This document shows, in pieces, positions 61,533-64,000 of a DNA stretch of 64,000 bases; within the stretch, counting starts at the first letter, position 1, and each line of letters starts with the position of its first letter. The position numbers and the translations under genes are program-made. The stretch comes from Nannocystis sp. RBIL2. GTDB lineage: Bacteria > Myxococcota_A > Polyangia > Nannocystales > Nannocystaceae. Where the stretch lies: contig NZ_JAPNJW010000001.1 in assembly GCF_026626745.1 (NCBI RefSeq), positions 652,311 to 716,310 on the forward strand, given 5' to 3'. The notes under the pieces are model-generated. The model had not been told where the DNA came from. It worked only from the letters and a program-made list of their open reading frames with translations, and did not search any database.

Positions 61533-63142
61533 GCTGCACCTCCTTCGGCCGCCGCCGCGATCGCGCGCAGCACCGCGCTCGCCTTGACGTGGCACTCGTT
61601 GTCCTCGCCCTCCGGCGACGAGTCGTACACGACCCCCGCGCCGGCCTGGACCCGGAACTCCTCGCCGACGGCGACCAGCGAGCGGATGCAGATGGCGAAG
61701 TCGGCCCCGCCGTCGTAGCCGAGGTAGCCGACGGCGCCGCCGTACCAGCCGCGCGGCGCCGGCTCGAGCGCGTCGATGATCTGCAGCGCGCGGATCTTCG
61801 GCGCCCCGCTCAGCGTGCCGGCGGGGAACGTCGCGCGCAGGGCGTCGAGCGCCGTCAGCTCCGGCCGCAGCTCGCCCTGCACCTCGCTGACGATGTGCAT
61901 CACCCGGCTGTAGCGCTCGATCGAGAACGACTCCGACACCCGCACGCTGCCGGCCACGCTGACGCGCCCGAGGTCGTTGCGCCCGAGGTCGACCAGCATG
62001 AGGTGCTCGGCGCGCTCCTTCGGATCGGCCAGCAGCTCGCTGGCCAGCGCCTCGTCCTCGATCGCGTCGCGCCCGCGCGGCCGGGTGCCCGCGATCGGCC
62101 GCACAGTCACGCGCAGGCCCGACTGCGGGCCCACCTCGCTGCTCGAGGCCCCCGTCACCGCGGGCGCCAGCGCGTCGCGGTCGCAGCGGACCAGCACCTC
62201 CGGCGACGCGCCCGTCAGCGCCGCCGCCGGCAGGTCGAACAGGTACATGTACGGCGCCGGGTTGCCGACCCGCAGCATGCGGTAGACGTCGAGCAGGTCG
62301 ATCCCGTCGCGCTGGCTCACGAACCGCTGCGACAGCACGACCTGGAAGATGTCGCCGGCCATGATGTGCTCGCGCGCGGCCGCGATCGACGCCCGGTACT
62401 TCTCGCGCGACCACGGCGCCGCCACCTCGGTCGCCGGCGGCGCGACGTCGGGAACCCGCCGCGGACCCAGCACCGAGGGTCCGTGCAGCGCCCGCGCCAC
62501 CGCGTCGACGCGGGCCCGCGCGGCCGCCTCCGCCGCCTCCGCCCCGCCCTCGCTCTCGGCGCACGCGGTCGCCAGCACGCGCACGCGGTTCGAGAAGTTG
62601 TCGAACACCACCAGAGTGTCGCTCGCCACCAGCTCGACCGCCGGCAGATCGCTCGACATGACCGAAAGGCCAGGTACGGCCGGGATGGGATCGAACACCC
62701 GCGCCGCGTCGTGGCCCCACACGCCGACCAGGCCGCCCCAGAAGCGCGGCAGATCGGGCCGCGGCGGGCTCTCGTAGGCCCGCTGCAGCGCGGCGATGCC
62801 GGCCAGGCCGCGGCTCTTCGTCTCGACCCCGGGCGGCAGCGAGAAGCCGGGCCCCGGGGTGATCGTCACGTCGAGGTCGTAGCCGTTCCACACCCCGCGC
62901 ACGTGGGCTCGCGCGCCGACGCCGACCACGCTGTAGCGGGCCCACCGTTCGCCGGCCCCGCCCGCGCTCTCGAGCAGGAAGCTGACGCCGGGCAGGTCGG
63001 GCGGCCCCGAGCCGCCGCCGCGCGCGTAGGCCCGCAAGCGGGCGTAGACCTCGACGGGGGTGATGCCGTCGCACAGCAGCTCGCGCCACACCGGCACCAG
63101 CCGCGGCGACGCCGGCTCAATCAAGGGCGGGCCCGCGATCAT
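61529..63142 (-). CDS. trpE: anthranilate synthase component I
   Basis: MIAGPPLIEP start. Chorismate-binding motifs are present (LESAGGA, GTLSGAPKIRA, GYLGYDG). Confidence 0.85.
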   Translation of the reverse strand: MIAGPPLIEPASPRLVPVWRELLCDGITPVEVYARLRAYARGGGSGPPDLPGVSFLLESAGGAGERWARYSVVGVGARAHVRGVWNGYDLDVTITPGPGFSLPPGVETKSRGLAGIAALQRAYESPPRPDLPRFWGGLVGVWGHDAARVFDPIPAVPGLSVMSSDLPAVELVASDTLVVFDNFSNRVRVLATACAESEGGAEAAEAAARARVDAVARALHGPSVLGPRRVPDVAPPATEVAAPWSREKYRASIAAAREHIMAGDIFQVVLSQRFVSQRDGIDLLDVYRMLRVGNPAPYMYLFDLPAAALTGASPEVLVRCDRDALAPAVTGASSSEVGPQSGLRVTVRPIAGTRPRGRDAIEDEALASELLADPKERAEHLMLVDLGRNDLGRVSVAGSVRVSESFSIERYSRVMHIVSEVQGELRPELTALDALRATFPAGTLSGAPKIRALQIIDALEPAPRGWYGGAVGYLGYDGGADFAICIRSLVAVGEEFRVQAGAGVVYDSSPEGEDNECHVKASAVLRAIAAAAEGGAA

Positions 63143-63294
63143 GCCGTCAAGGATACACCGCGTCGGCCGACGCGATCGACGGCGTAGATCGAGCTCCGAG
63201 GTAGGACACGCGTCCGCCCCTGGGGGACGCATCGCGCGGCCGCGCATCGGAGCCTGTCCGATCGCGCAGCCGCCGAGGTCCGCCCGCGCCGACG

Positions 63295-63930
63295 CTAGCG
63301 GCGCCGGGCGCTCGCGCCGGAGTCGGTGTCGACGACCCGGACGTTGCCGAGCGTGTAACCCGCGGACGCCGTCGACGAGGTGTCGAAGCGGACGCTGCCC
63401 GACACCACCGCGGTGCCGGTGGCGTCGACGAAGGCGTAGTTGACGATCAGGGAGTTGTCGGTCGCCGTGCCGACGGCCTGATTCACGACGTAGCCGGCCT
63501 CGGCCTTGGCCCGGATGTCGATCTTGGCCACGTTGTCGACCACCTGGACCCGCGAGTTGTTGACCGCCTGCCGCCACACCCGCTCGAAGGTGTCGTCGGC
63601 CGGGTCGAGCAGGGTCACGGTGCCGGTGGTGGCCGTCGGATCGGTGGTCTGGCGGGCCGTCTTGGTCACCGTCGCCGGCACGTCGGGGCACGGGTTGCCG
63701 ACCAGCTTGATGGTGAGGGCGCCGACGTTCGCGCCGCCGACGTTGAGGAAGGACATCTTGAACTTGGTCTGCTCCTCGGGATCGCTCGAGCTCTCGTCCT
63801 CCCACTTGATCGTCGTCCCGGTCAGCTCGGTCGTGAACGACGCGTTCAGGTCGATGTCGAGGTTGGCCACGGGCCCCGCCGCGACCCCCGTCTTCAGGAC
63901 CAGATCTCGCCTCAGCTTCGGTGTCGGCAT
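63295..63930 (-). CDS. hypothetical secreted protein
   Basis: MPTPKLRRDLVLKTGVAAG..., diverse Thr/Val/Asn-rich beta-like sequence. Trimmed from ORF 63295..63996. Confidence 0.5.
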   Translation of the reverse strand: MPTPKLRRDLVLKTGVAAGPVANLDIDLNASFTTELTGTTIKWEDESSSDPEEQTKFKMSFLNVGGANVGALTIKLVGNPCPDVPATVTKTARQTTDPTATTGTVTLLDPADDTFERVWRQAVNNSRVQVVDNVAKIDIRAKAEAGYVVNQAVGTATDNSLIVNYAFVDATGTAVVSGSVRFDTSSTASAGYTLGNVRVVDTDSGASARRR

Positions 63931-64000
63931 GCTGTCTCTCGCCCGGGCGCAAGTTGCCCGGATCCCCCGCTGAATGAGCGTAGCCCGGGCGGCCAATGGA

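Overview
This is a 64 kb high-GC (about 70%) bacterial chromosomal segment. Its gene content suggests a myxobacterium-like (Myxococcota) genome; that attribution is inference from sequence alone. The evidence for it is many lipoproteins, proteins with eukaryote-like domains (LDLa, TSP3, CAP), an ECF sigma factor and hybrid histidine kinases. I call about 58 protein-coding genes, mostly housekeeping or accessory. They include a partial trp operon (trpE-G-D-C-F), gcvT-gcvH, nadE, pcm, typA/bipA, rlmE, a stand-alone rplC paralog, tatD, a tldD/pmbA pair, a di-heme cytochrome c peroxidase, an IucA/IucC synthetase with a Prs-like gene, a TetR/aldo-keto reductase locus and a large hybrid histidine kinase. 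No tRNA, rRNA or CRISPR array was recognised. The most striking feature is a dispersed repeat family that ordinary annotation would not capture. Its core is CATG(T/C)CC(C), usually preceded by G-R-R (canonical palindrome GGACATGTCC). Units are arranged in tandem arrays of 2 to 6 with a strict 14-bp period. At least 25 loci are present, almost all in the same strand orientation. They sit in intergenic regions of every gene arrangement, over start codons, and in-frame inside several CDS. One CDS (IucA/IucC) carries an AT-rich segment within its array, and an ECF sigma factor gene carries a 6 x 36-bp in-frame tandem array built on the same core. Other notable items are a TAXI substrate-binding domain fused to an ion-channel pore and RCK domains, a Tat-secreted TldD/PmbA pair, and a frameshifted pseudogene. 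There are also two leaderless-type promoter candidates and several other direct-repeat arrays.
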